Part shown: positions 54,508 through 64,000 of the stretch, piece after piece | Layout of the letters: the number at the start of each line of letters is the position of its first letter | Position numbering within the stretch: the stretch's first letter is position 1 | NCBI GenBank assembly: GCA_965226885.1 | Contig: CBDDEL010000016.1 | Location: 128,001-192,000, forward strand | Direction of reading: 5' to 3' | Source: Opitutales bacterium | GTDB taxonomy: Bacteria; Verrucomicrobiota; Verrucomicrobiia; Opitutales; UBA2987 | DNA length: 64,000 nt | Notes under the pieces: generated by a model | Databases searched by the model: none | What the model was told of the DNA's origin: nothing | The model's input: the letters and a program-made list of their open reading frames with translations, nothing else | Translations under genes and position numbers: made by a program

Positions 54508-55266
54508 ATGGCCATATTAGGCACAGTTTATGTTTTCCCCGTATTGTTGATGATTGCGGGCATATCTTTCGGCCAGGACTTCGGCAGCCTGCATGAAAAT
54601 TCTCCCTTCGTGCCCTCCAATTTTAATCCCAGAAACAAGGCGAAGCCGATAAGAAAGAGCGCCAAGGACAACCGAAGGCCACAATTCGAGTTTCAGGGGG
54701 TTTACCAAATCGGCGAAAACTGGATGTTTTCCATCCTCAACAAAACGACCAACCAAAGCGAATGGGTGGGCCTGAACGACTCCTCCAGCAACTACCAAGT
54801 ATCTCATTTCGACTCCGATACCAATACTGTCTCCTTCAACTACCAAAATACTCCCCAGGAAATTACCCTTAGAAAGAGGTCGGACAAATCGATCCCTGTT
54901 ATTTTGGCCAAAAGCCAGCAGCGCCAGCAACCCAAGCGAAGAGTCCCGGTGAGGCGCAAGGTGAACCCCAAACTGCCCAAAAATCCGCCCACCGCCGCGC
55001 CCACCGCCGCCCCGTCCACACCGCCTCCCAGTTTCAGGCCACCGCCCCTGCCCACTTCGATTGCTGAACGGCGGGCCTTGGCTCGCAAAACGGCCATTTC
55101 TTCCATGGGCACTGGACAAGGTAATAACAGTAACAGCCTGTTCAAAGCGCCGACCTCAGGAACAGGGGGATTACCCCCCGGCATGACTGGACCGCCGACG
55201 GGCCGCCCACCATCAGCTCCACCTCCCGGACCGCCCCCGGGCGCACGCCCGCCTCGCAGAAATTAA
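54508..55266 (+). CDS. Secreted hypothetical protein with Pro-rich C-terminus
   Basis: Hydrophobic N-terminus, small beta-rich domain, low-complexity tail. Confidence 0.7.
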   Translation: MAILGTVYVFPVLLMIAGISFGQDFGSLHENSPFVPSNFNPRNKAKPIRKSAKDNRRPQFEFQGVYQIGENWMFSILNKTTNQSEWVGLNDSSSNYQVSHFDSDTNTVSFNYQNTPQEITLRKRSDKSIPVILAKSQQRQQPKRRVPVRRKVNPKLPKNPPTAAPTAAPSTPPPSFRPPPLPTSIAERRALARKTAISSMGTGQGNNSNSLFKAPTSGTGGLPPGMTGPPTGRPPSAPPPGPPPGARPPRRN

Positions 55267-55306
55267 AAACCCACTCAGGCCGCTGAAAGCGGTTTCAGAT
55301 AGCCGG

Positions 55307-56173
55307 TCAAACAACGTCGGCAAAGCCTGGCTTTAGACGGGTAAAAATACGGTTGCCCAGGAACAGGATGACGAAACCGGCCAGGTAAATGTAAAGGAGC
55401 GGCCCGAATTCCGGGGTCTGTTTCCACAACAACACGTCGCGGCCCAGGCCAATGGCGTGAATGAGGGGATTGATGCGCAGGAGCGGCCAGATGGCCTCCG
55501 GCACCATGGAGGCGGAAAAAAAGATCCCGCTCATGTAGAACAAAACCGTGCTCACGAACTGGGTCAGCGGGATGAGGTCCCGGAAAAACACCCCCAGGGC
55601 GGAAATCATCCAGGACAACCCGAGGCTCATTAAAATGATCGGGAAAATGACGACCGGGAACCACAGGGCATTCCACCCCAGCCCCGGCCCCCAAACAACG
55701 ACCCCGATAAGGCAGAGCAGCAGGCTGATCAAAAAATGATAAACCGAAGCCAGGACCGAGGCGGCGGGCAGAATTTCCAGCGGGAACACGATTTTTTTGA
55801 TAAAATTCGGGTTCCCCAGGATGGATTGTGGTGCCATGAAAAGGGTTTCCGAAATGAGCCCGAAAGTAGTCAATCCGATAAAAATACCGAGCGCGAAATC
55901 GAGCGAGGTGGACCCTTCCACATGCTTGAAACGCCCATCGAAAATAATCCCGAAAATAAAGGTGTACAAACCAAGCATGAGGAGCGGGTTGAGGATCGAC
56001 CACAAAATCCCCAGATAACTGCCCTTATGCCGCAATTTAACGTTACGGATGGTAAACTGCCACAAAAGCTCACGTTTACGATAAAGATTGCCCAAACCCA
56101 TCAGCCCGAGCGGCGCTTTGGCATCCGCAGCCCCGCTCTCATCACTTTTTTCTTTAAAAATTTCCGATTGCAC
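55307..56173 (-). CDS. ABC-2 polysaccharide export permease (Wzm/TagG-like)
   Basis: RHKGSYLG.LW..LNPL, IKKIVFP, FFRD, INP. Confidence 0.88.
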   Translation of the reverse strand: MQSEIFKEKSDESGAADAKAPLGLMGLGNLYRKRELLWQFTIRNVKLRHKGSYLGILWSILNPLLMLGLYTFIFGIIFDGRFKHVEGSTSLDFALGIFIGLTTFGLISETLFMAPQSILGNPNFIKKIVFPLEILPAASVLASVYHFLISLLLCLIGVVVWGPGLGWNALWFPVVIFPIILMSLGLSWMISALGVFFRDLIPLTQFVSTVLFYMSGIFFSASMVPEAIWPLLRINPLIHAIGLGRDVLLWKQTPEFGPLLYIYLAGFVILFLGNRIFTRLKPGFADVV

Positions 56174-56315
56174 AATCCCAGCATAAATAAAAGAACCGCC
56201 CCCTCCTCAAGACAATTCCCACCCACCCCAACTAGAACCACCGTCAGCGCCCCAACGCCTGAGGATTATTTCCTTTCCAAGATGAGGGATAAAGCGTAAG
56301 TTTTCCGACGAGGCA

Positions 56316-59300
56316 ATGAACCAGGAAATCGCCAGTTGGATTTTAGGAGGAATTTTTCTTTTATTTCACTTGTGGGCTTTTATCTGGGGTCCAGACGAAC
56401 TGCCGCAGCAAAAACACAAATTCCTCGCTCTCTCAGCCGCTTTGCTGGCAGGTTTCCTAGCTTTTTTTCTAAGCGGGAGTATCGCTTTGGTCGCAAATCC
56501 CGATTTACCGCAATTTGGGAAAACCAGTATCCAGGCCGGTAGCGGTTTCGCGCTGTTTCTTATCGTTCTTCTTTGGTGGAGATCGGAAAAAGCGCCAATT
56601 AGCCAGAAGGGATTGCACAAAAAGCTCGATTTAATCATCGCTCAAAACGAAGCAATACAGGATGCAATGATTAAATCCCAGCCGCCAGTGGAGTCGGTTC
56701 AGGACGCGAATAAACCACTGCCTGAGGAGGAACGCGCGGCGTATGAGGAGCGAATCGCCGAATTGGAGCAAACGGAAAGGGAAGCTGAGAAATATAATCG
56801 CGAGTTGGAGCGGCGGCTGGAAACACATCTTTCTTTTGCAAGTGTATTACTGCGAGAAGCTAAATACAAAGACGCAGAAGCGGTTTGCGCGGCCTGTTGG
56901 AGGTTCACCCGGAAAATTCAAGTATTCTAAGTGGTCTTTTTATTGCGCTATACGCACAGGCCAAATTTCAGAGTGCGGAACAGCTCGTAAAACACGCTCT
57001 GAAGATTGATGAGCAAATATTAGAACCAAACCACCCCCTTATCGCCAGAGACCTAAACAACTTGGCCACACTGCTGCAGGCTACCAATCGTTTAAAGGAG
57101 GCCGAGCCTTTCATGCGCCGCGCCCTTGATATTTTTGAAACATCCTACGGTTCCGACCATCCCGATGTCGCTACTAGTCTCAACAACTTAGTAGCACTAC
57201 TGCTTGACACCAACCGCCTCGATCAGGCCGAACCTCTTATGCGCCGTGCCCTCCAAATCGACGAGGATGCTTACGGTCCCAATCACCCCAATGTCGCTTT
57301 TGACCTCAACAACTTAGCCCACTTACTGCAGAATACCAACCGTCTCGATCAGGCAGAGCCCCTCATTCGGCGAGCCCTCCAAATCGACGAGGATGTTTTC
57401 GGTCTTAACCACCCCAATGTCGCCACTAACCTCAACAACTTAGCCTCACTGCTGCAGGATACTAATCGCCCCGAACAGGCTGAACCGCTTTTTCGGCGTG
57501 CCCTCCAAATCGACGAGGATGCTTTTGGCTCCAACCACCCCGATGTCGCCACTAACCTGAGCAACCTAGCCGCACCCTAGCCGCACTACTGAAGGCTACT
57601 AACCGTCTCGAACAGGCAGAGCCCCTCATTTGTCGCGCCCTCCAAATTGACGAGGATGTTTTCGGTCCCAATCACCCCAATGTCGCCATACGCCTCAATA
57701 ACCTAGCTACACTGTTGCAGGTCACTAATCGCCCCAAACTGACGTGTACTGGATTTGTTGGACACGGGATTCTCTTATATTCATTGTTTATTGATTAGTG
57801 TGTCAGGCGGCTTGTTTTGGTAAAGGGTTTTGTTTTCTCGTTGCCCCCCATGGGGGGCAAATATTTTCCTCGAATTGGACTGGGCTTTGGTAACTCAGAG
57901 AGGAATGTTTGCGATATCGGTTGTAGAAGATTTCCACGTATTCGAAGACAGTTGATCGCAGTTCGCGCTCGTCGGCAAAGTGGCGGCCTCGAATCGTGCT
58001 GGTCTTGAAGCGGCCGTAGAACGATTCCATGGCCGCGTTGTCGTAGCAGTTGCCTTGGGCGCTCATGCTCGGCTTCATGCCTAGTTCAGAGACCAGCCTC
58101 TGATAGTCGTCGCTGGCGTAGGGGCTGCCCCGATCGCTGTGATGAATAATCCCGGTGCGCAGTGTGCCGCGGGTCATGGCCGCGGCTTTGAGGGCCTTGC
58201 CAACCAGCTTCGCGTCGTTGTGGTTGGAAACGCTCCAGCCCAGCAGGCGTCGGCTGAACAGGTCCATCACCGTGGCCAAGTACATCCAACCGGCCAGGGT
58301 CCGTAGGTAGGTCGTGTCCGCCACCCAGACCTCGTCGATATGGGTCGGCTGGCCATGCTTTTTAAGCACATTGGGGCTGTAACCATAGGGATGGTTACTG
58401 TTGGTTTTTAATGGCTTAAAGCGTTTACTCTGGGTGCTTTTGATTCCCATTTCACGCATCAGACGCAGAGCCCGGTCACGGCCGCAATCGATGCCCTCAT
58501 CATCCTTCAGATGGCGGTGCATTGGCCGATGCCCATAGCGGCCCTTGGCCTCTTTGTGTACCTTCAGGATCGCCCCCTTGATTCCCTCGTCCTCGATCCG
58601 CCGGGCCGAGGGCGCTCGGTGCCTCCAGCAGTAATAGCCACTGCGACAAATCCCCATCGCCGAGCATATTTCCTCGATCTTGAAGCGCCCCTCGTTGTCT
58701 TTGACAAACTGGTACTTCATTGTTCGTCCTTGGCAAAGTAGCCCACCGTTTTTTTTAGTATCTGGTTGATCCGCTCCGAGCGGCGCAGCTCTTTGCGAAG
58801 ACGATCTATCTCGGCCGCCATCTCCTTCGGACTGCTCTGTCGCTTTGAGGTGGCTTCGCCCTGCTGATCGTCCAGATAGAGCCTCTTCCACCTATACAAT
58901 TGGTTGGTGTTGACCCCAAGTTTGGTCGATACCTCGGTGGCGCTCAGACCATCGAGTATCATCAGTTGAACTGCCTCATTTTTGAACTCTATACTGCGTC
59001 TTCTTCCCATGCTTCGATTCTCCATTTAGGAGAATCTCGTGTCCACTTTTTCCAGTGCACATCAAACAGGCTGAACCGCTTTTTTGGCGCGCCCTCCAAA
59101 TCGACGAGGATTCTTTCGGTCCCGACCATCCTAAGATCGCCATCCGTCTCAACAACCTGGCCCTACTGCTGAAGGCCACCAATCGCATTGATCAAGCCGA
59201 GCCACTTATGCGCCGTGCCCTCAAAATCGACGAGGATGCTTTCGATTACGACCACCCGAAGGTCGCCGTACGCCTCAACAACTTAGGTACACTGTTTAAG

Positions 59301-59447
59301 GCCACCAAACGCCTCGAAGAGGCTGAGCCCCTTATGCGGCGTTCGTTGGAGATTCTTGAGAACCTGAATTACGAGCACCCGAGTAAGGAAGCGGTTAGCA
59401 AGAATTTGGAAACTTTATTAAAAGAAATGGAGGAGCGCGGTGAGTGA
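56316..59447 (+). pseudogene. Membrane-anchored TPR (42-aa repeat) protein with three lesions
   Basis: Frameshift near 56884, 11-bp duplication 57565-57586, IS3-B insertion; about 8 repeats HP..A..LNNLA.LL..TNR...AEPL.RRAL.IDE. Confidence 0.85.
57740..59064 (-). mobile_element. IS3-family element type B, copy 2
   Basis: TSD AAC; 3-bp in-frame deletion in orfA versus copy 1. Confidence 0.95.
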
Positions 59448-60417
59448 GGGTTGCGACAATAACAAGCTGCCGGTGCCGGTGGTTTTGGATACTGATCCGG
59501 GGATTGATGATGCGGTGGCTTTGATGCTGGCTTTGGCTTCGCCGGGGGAGATTCATCTCGTCGGAATTTCCACCACGGGCGGGAATGTCGGACGGCAGAG
59601 CGCTTTCGAGAATGCCCACCGGCTGCTGCAACTCTTTGGGCGAGACGATTTGCCGGTCGGTTTTGGTTGGGGTGAAGAGGAGGATGCTCCGTCGGCCCGT
59701 CATATTCACGGGGCGGACGGCATGGGTGAAACGGGCCTGCCCTTGGCGGGCGAGCCGGAGAAAATTCCGTCGGTCGAACTGCTGGCGCGATTGGCCCGCG
59801 AGCACTCCGGGCGGCTTGTGCTGGTGGCGGTGGGTCCATTGACCAATGTGGCCGCCCTTTTGCGGGAATATCCCGATTGCCAAAAGGACATCGCCCGCCT
59901 CGTCGTCATGGGCGGAGCTGTCAAACGGAGCGGCAACGTCACTCCCGCGGCCGAGTTCAACATTTATAAAGACCCTGAAGCGGCGGCGGAAGTTTTCTCC
60001 TGCAGGCTGCCCCTGCAATTGGTCCCACTGGACGCCACCTGCAAAGCTCTTTTTCCTCCGGACCGTCTCGCCGCATTCGACTCCCTGCGCTCGCCCCAAG
60101 CGGATTTTTTCCGGCAGCTGCTGCGGTTTCATTTCCGGGCCAGCCAGCTGGCTTTGGGAGTGAAAGGCAGTTATTTGCACGATCCCCTGGCGGTGGCCTC
60201 GCTCATCGCCCCGGAGCTATTGCGGTTCGAGCCGGTCCATTGCGTGTTGGAAACGCAAGGGGAATGGACCCGAGGGATGACCCTCTGCGATTTTCGCTAC
60301 GGCAGCAAAAAGCGCCAGAAACCTAACATCGAGGTAGCAGCCGATGCCGACGGCGAAGGGTTTATCGATCTGCTTTGCGAAAGGCTTTTGGCCTACTTGA
60401 AGAATTTCGAGGGATAA
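59440..60417 (+). CDS. Nucleoside hydrolase (IU-NH family)
   Basis: DTDPGIDD, GPLTNVA, AEFN...DPEAA, LHDP. Confidence 0.93.
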   Translation: MSEGCDNNKLPVPVVLDTDPGIDDAVALMLALASPGEIHLVGISTTGGNVGRQSAFENAHRLLQLFGRDDLPVGFGWGEEEDAPSARHIHGADGMGETGLPLAGEPEKIPSVELLARLAREHSGRLVLVAVGPLTNVAALLREYPDCQKDIARLVVMGGAVKRSGNVTPAAEFNIYKDPEAAAEVFSCRLPLQLVPLDATCKALFPPDRLAAFDSLRSPQADFFRQLLRFHFRASQLALGVKGSYLHDPLAVASLIAPELLRFEPVHCVLETQGEWTRGMTLCDFRYGSKKRQKPNIEVAADADGEGFIDLLCERLLAYLKNFEG

Positions 60418-60437
60418 GCGTTCGGCAGGAAAACCGC

Positions 60438-61451
60438 TTATTCAGCCAAATTTTGGGCAACCTCACGGGCGAAATAGGTGAGGATCATGTCGGCCCCGGC
60501 CCGTTTGATGGCGAGGAGGGATTCATGGCGAATTTTTTCGAGATCGAGCCAGCCCAAACGGGCGGCGGCGTGGATTTGGGCATATTCGCCGGAGACCTGA
60601 TAGGCCGCCACGGGCAAGTCGGTCGAGTCCCTCAACTCGCGAATGATATCGAGGTAGAGCCCGGCCGGTTTAACCATGAGGATGTCGGCCCCTTCCTGTT
60701 CATCGAGAAGCGTTTCCACTTGAGCCTCCCGGCGGTTGGCGGGATTGAGTTGGTAGGTTTGTTTGCCCAAAAGCTTTGTGCCGGCTGCCGAGGCGCTGCC
60801 CACGGCTTCGCGAAAGGGTCCGTAGTAGGCGGAATTGTATTTGGCCGAATAGGCCATGATACCCGTATTTTCGAAACCCTTCTCGTCCAGGCTTTGGCGA
60901 ATCGCCCCGATGCGGCCATCCATCATATCGGAGGGGGCCACAAAATCCACCCCCGCCTCGGCGTTAAGCACGGCCATTCGGGTGAGGATGGCCACCGTGC
61001 GGTCGTTATCCACATCAGTTTTGTCCCCGTTGAGAACCCCGTCGTGCCCGTGGGAGGTATAGGGATCGAGAGCGATGTCCGTAATGACGGCGAGTTGCGG
61101 GAAATTATTCTTGATCATTTTCACCGCGCGCAACACGAGGGTGTTTTCATTGAGCGCGCCGCTGCCCTCCTCGTCCTTTAAAGAGGGTTCCAGGGCCGGA
61201 AAAAGCGCAACTGCGGGTATGCCGGTGGCGGCCAGGGATTCGCATTCCTTTATAAGATGATCGAGAGTTAACCTCTGCTGGCCGGGCAGGGAGGCAATCT
61301 CTTGCGGGGACCCCTGCCCATCGATGACAAACAAGGGCATTATCAAATCGTTCACACCAACTTGCGTCTCCTCAACCAGGGCGCGAATGGAAGCGGTTCG
61401 GCGCAATCTGCGGGGCCGTCGCGTCAGAATCATGCGAGATGATTTTGGCAT
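60438..61451 (-). CDS. hemB: Porphobilinogen synthase
   Basis: DIALDPYTSHGHDG, APSDMMDGR, MVKPA, YQVSGEY. Confidence 0.96.
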   Translation of the reverse strand: MPKSSRMILTRRPRRLRRTASIRALVEETQVGVNDLIMPLFVIDGQGSPQEIASLPGQQRLTLDHLIKECESLAATGIPAVALFPALEPSLKDEEGSGALNENTLVLRAVKMIKNNFPQLAVITDIALDPYTSHGHDGVLNGDKTDVDNDRTVAILTRMAVLNAEAGVDFVAPSDMMDGRIGAIRQSLDEKGFENTGIMAYSAKYNSAYYGPFREAVGSASAAGTKLLGKQTYQLNPANRREAQVETLLDEQEGADILMVKPAGLYLDIIRELRDSTDLPVAAYQVSGEYAQIHAAARLGWLDLEKIRHESLLAIKRAGADMILTYFAREVAQNLAE

Positions 61452-61545
61452 CTTAGAAAGATTGCACGAAAATTGATTGAATCAAGCCCCTTTATTGTTT
61501 CCCTTGATGCTTCGCTAACCTCAGTTTCCTACAAATTAATTATAA

Positions 61546-62973
61546 ATGCGCCTCTACGATACCATGACCCGCGAGATACAGACCCTCCGGGCGGAGGACG
61601 GGAAAAGATACCGCATGTATTGCTGCGGCCCTACTGTTTACGGGCCGGCCCATATCGGTAATTTTCGCACTTTTCTAATCAACGACATCCTCCGCCGGAT
61701 GCTGGAAGTAGCTGGATTGAAGCCCCTCTATGTCCGCAACATTACCGATGTGGACGACAAGACCATTGCCCAATGCGAGGAAGAAGGGCTCTCCCTGGAG
61801 GCTTTCACCGGTAAATGGATAGACTATTTTCACGAGGACTGCCAAACCCTCAACATGGTTTCTCCGCATGAGGAACCCAAAGCAACCCGGCATATCGAGG
61901 AGCAGATAGAGCTGGTGGAGAAACTGCTGGCCAAAAAACATGCCTACCAGGCGCCCGATGGCTCCGTTTACTTCAAGGTAGAATCCTATCCACCCTATGG
62001 CAGGCTTTCCCGGCTCGACCGCAGAGAACTGCGCACCCAGGCCTCCACCAGCGGCGGCACCCTCAACCTGGCCGATAATTACGACCGGACTTCAGTAGCC
62101 GATTTCGCCCTTTGGAAAAGCCACAAACCGGAAGATGGCGATAATTTCTGGAATAGCCCCTGGGGCAGGGGAAGGCCCGGATGGCACCTGGAGTGCTCGG
62201 CCATGAGCATGAAATACCTGGGTCAACCTTTCGACCTGCACTCGGGGGGTGAAGACCTCTGCTTCCCTCACCACGAAAATGAAATCGCCCAGAGCGAAGC
62301 GGCCACGGGAAAACCTTTTGCCCGCCATTGGTTCCACGCCGTGCATTTGCTCGTTGATGGCAAAAAAATGTCCAAAGGCGACGGGAATTTTTTTACATTG
62401 CGCGATTTGCTGGAAGAAGGCTGGTCCCCCATGGTGATTCGTTACGCCTTGATTTCGGCCCACTACCGCCAACAATTGAACTTTACCCATAATGGCCTCC
62501 ACGCCGCCCAGAGCGCCCTTCAAAAGGTGGAAAAATCGGTCGCCCGCCTGCTCGCAACCACCGGCCGAGGAGAGCAGGACTTTGAAAAAATACCGGTGGA
62601 CTTTTCCGCTCTGACCGAAGGAGGCTTCTCCGAGTCGTGGAAAGCGCTGGAGGAAGACCTCAATGTGCCCGAAGCCATCGGAGCCATGTTCAGCCAGTTA
62701 AAAGAAACCGACCGTGCAGACCTTTCCAGAGAACAAGCCGAGATTACCCTGCGGGAGATACATGCATTGTTATATGCGCTGGGATTGAAGCTTTTTACCG
62801 AAAAACCGAAAGAAACCGAGGCGCCAGCTGAAGTCAGGGAACTGGCAAAACAGCGCTGGAAGGCCAAAACCGAAAAAGACTGGACCCAGGCGGACGCCTT
62901 GCGCGAACAGGTCAAGACTTTGGGTTGGACCATCAAAGACACCCGCGACGGCTACGAACTGGAGGCGCTTTAA
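61546..62973 (+). CDS. cysS: Cysteine--tRNA ligase
   Basis: CGPTVY..HIGN, DFALWK, GRPGWHLEC, FPHHENE, KMSK. Confidence 0.97.
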   Translation: MRLYDTMTREIQTLRAEDGKRYRMYCCGPTVYGPAHIGNFRTFLINDILRRMLEVAGLKPLYVRNITDVDDKTIAQCEEEGLSLEAFTGKWIDYFHEDCQTLNMVSPHEEPKATRHIEEQIELVEKLLAKKHAYQAPDGSVYFKVESYPPYGRLSRLDRRELRTQASTSGGTLNLADNYDRTSVADFALWKSHKPEDGDNFWNSPWGRGRPGWHLECSAMSMKYLGQPFDLHSGGEDLCFPHHENEIAQSEAATGKPFARHWFHAVHLLVDGKKMSKGDGNFFTLRDLLEEGWSPMVIRYALISAHYRQQLNFTHNGLHAAQSALQKVEKSVARLLATTGRGEQDFEKIPVDFSALTEGGFSESWKALEEDLNVPEAIGAMFSQLKETDRADLSREQAEITLREIHALLYALGLKLFTEKPKETEAPAEVRELAKQRWKAKTEKDWTQADALREQVKTLGWTIKDTRDGYELEAL

Positions 62974-63046
62974 TTTGGCTTCGTTACTCGACCCTGACGA
63001 TACATCTTGACTTCCCCCCCGGCAAAACAACCCTTCCAGTCAATCT

Positions 63047-63118
63047 ATGCTCATTATCACAGAGACGACCACAACGCGAACTGCCACTGCAAGGGCGGGG
63101 TCTTTCGGCTGTGATTGA
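63047..63118 (+). CDS. Putative Thr-rich leader peptide MLIITETTTTRTATARAGSFGCD
   Basis: 7 Thr in codons 5-14, about 105 bp upstream of thrS, followed by a terminator. Confidence 0.8.
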   Translation: MLIITETTTTRTATARAGSFGCD

Positions 63119-63149
63119 CCAAAACATCGACATAGCCGTCATTTCCCAC

Positions 63150-63188
63150 AGGCCCAACGCAGCGAATTTGCCTTGGGCTTTTTTATTT
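63150..63188 (+). terminator. Attenuator terminator in the thrS leader
   Basis: AGGCCCAA...TTGGGCTT stem with inner GCAG/TTGC, then T-tract. Confidence 0.75.
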
Positions 63189-63223
63189 CCAAATTCAAAC
63201 AATTTCCCCACCATAGCGAAGCC

Positions 63224-64000
63224 ATGAAACAAATGTCTCCCCTGCAAGAGATTCGTCATTCGGCGGCTCACATAATGGCCACTGCGGTTCTCCGGTTGTA
63301 CCCGGAGGCCAAGCTCGACATCGGACCGCCCACCGACACGGGTTTTTATTACGATTTCGATCTCGATCATAAATTCACCGCCGAGGACCTCAAAAGCATC
63401 GAAGCGGAAATGAAAAACGTGGTAAAGGAGCGGCAGCCGTTCGAGCGGATCGTAGTTACCCGCGACGAAGCGGACAAGTTTTTCAGGGAAATCGAGCAAG
63501 ATTACAAAATCGGCCGATTGGCGGACATCCCGGACGGGGAGCCCATCACTTATTATCGCAACGGAGAATTTATCGACCTTTGTGCCGGCACCCATGTGGA
63601 AGATACCGGCAAAGTGAGAGCTTTTAAACTGCTCAGTGTGGCAGGAGCCTACCATCGGGGGAGCGAGAAAAACAAGCAATTGCAGCGCATCTACGGCACC
63701 GCTTTTGCCGATAGGAAGGAGTTGAGGACTTACCTTCATCAACTGGAAGAGGCAAAAAAACGCGACCATCGGAAAATCGGTAAAGACCTGCGGCTATTCC
63801 ATATCGACGACGATGTCGGCCAAGGGCTCGTTTTATGGGCCCCCGCCGGGGCCGTCATCCGGGAACAATTGCAAACCTTCATCGCCGGGGAGCTTCGCAA
63901 ACAGGGCTATAGACAGGTCTTCACACCCCATATTGGCAGACTGGGGCTTTTCCGCACTTCGGGCCATTTCCCCTATTATAGCGACTCGCAATACCCTCCC
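63224..64000 (+). CDS. thrS: Threonine--tRNA ligase (3'-partial)
   Basis: RHSAAH, IGPP...GFYYDFD, DLCAGTH, LQRIYGTAF, KRDHRKIG, SGH. Confidence 0.97.
   Translation, partial: MKQMSPLQEIRHSAAHIMATAVLRLYPEAKLDIGPPTDTGFYYDFDLDHKFTAEDLKSIEAEMKNVVKERQPFERIVVTRDEADKFFREIEQDYKIGRLADIPDGEPITYYRNGEFIDLCAGTHVEDTGKVRAFKLLSVAGAYHRGSEKNKQLQRIYGTAFADRKELRTYLHQLEEAKKRDHRKIGKDLRLFHIDDDVGQGLVLWAPAGAVIREQLQTFIAGELRKQGYRQVFTPHIGRLGLFRTSGHFPYYSDSQYPP

Noticed and set aside
14052..59064. RNA-guided transposon components (TnpB, IscB, IS110, CAST)
   Set aside because: All transposases seen are DDE types; no RuvC, DEDD or Cas motifs recognised
57030..59380. 126-bp periodic array as CRISPR or DGR
   Set aside because: In-frame coding TPR repeats; no reverse transcriptase or template/variable pair seen
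62984..63769. 261-aa minus-strand ORF and similar long antisense ORFs
   Set aside because: Shadow frames of real genes such as thrS, rsmB and transposases

Overview
Bacterial chromosomal window. Verrucomicrobiota (Opitutales-like) is my inference from the 623-aa GreA, a ThrS lacking the N-terminal TGS domain and the hom-lysC-thrC-cimA gene order. Intact housekeeping genes (tRNA-Ser, cimA, thrC, lysC, hom, plsY, rsmB, greA, hemB, cysS, thrS) and a type III PKS cluster are interleaved with a recent IS burst. I count 16 IS copies of 8 types plus one fragment (2 IS1 types, 2 IS3 types, IS5/ISNCY-like, IS21, IS630, IS1380), about 24 kb or 37% of the window. Three hidden signals stand out. (1) An unannotated Thr-rich leader peptide with terminator/antiterminator upstream of thrS. 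(2) A low-GC three-gene operon of secreted pilin/chaperone-like proteins (34.1-51.2 kb) that reappears in frame when the ISs are excised at their target duplications, including a 7.3-kb nest of ISs within ISs. (3) Recurrent 4-20 bp perfect tandem duplications that inactivate genes, including a cNMP-binding/helix-hairpin-helix fusion. All protein calls come from motif recognition by eye, without database searches.
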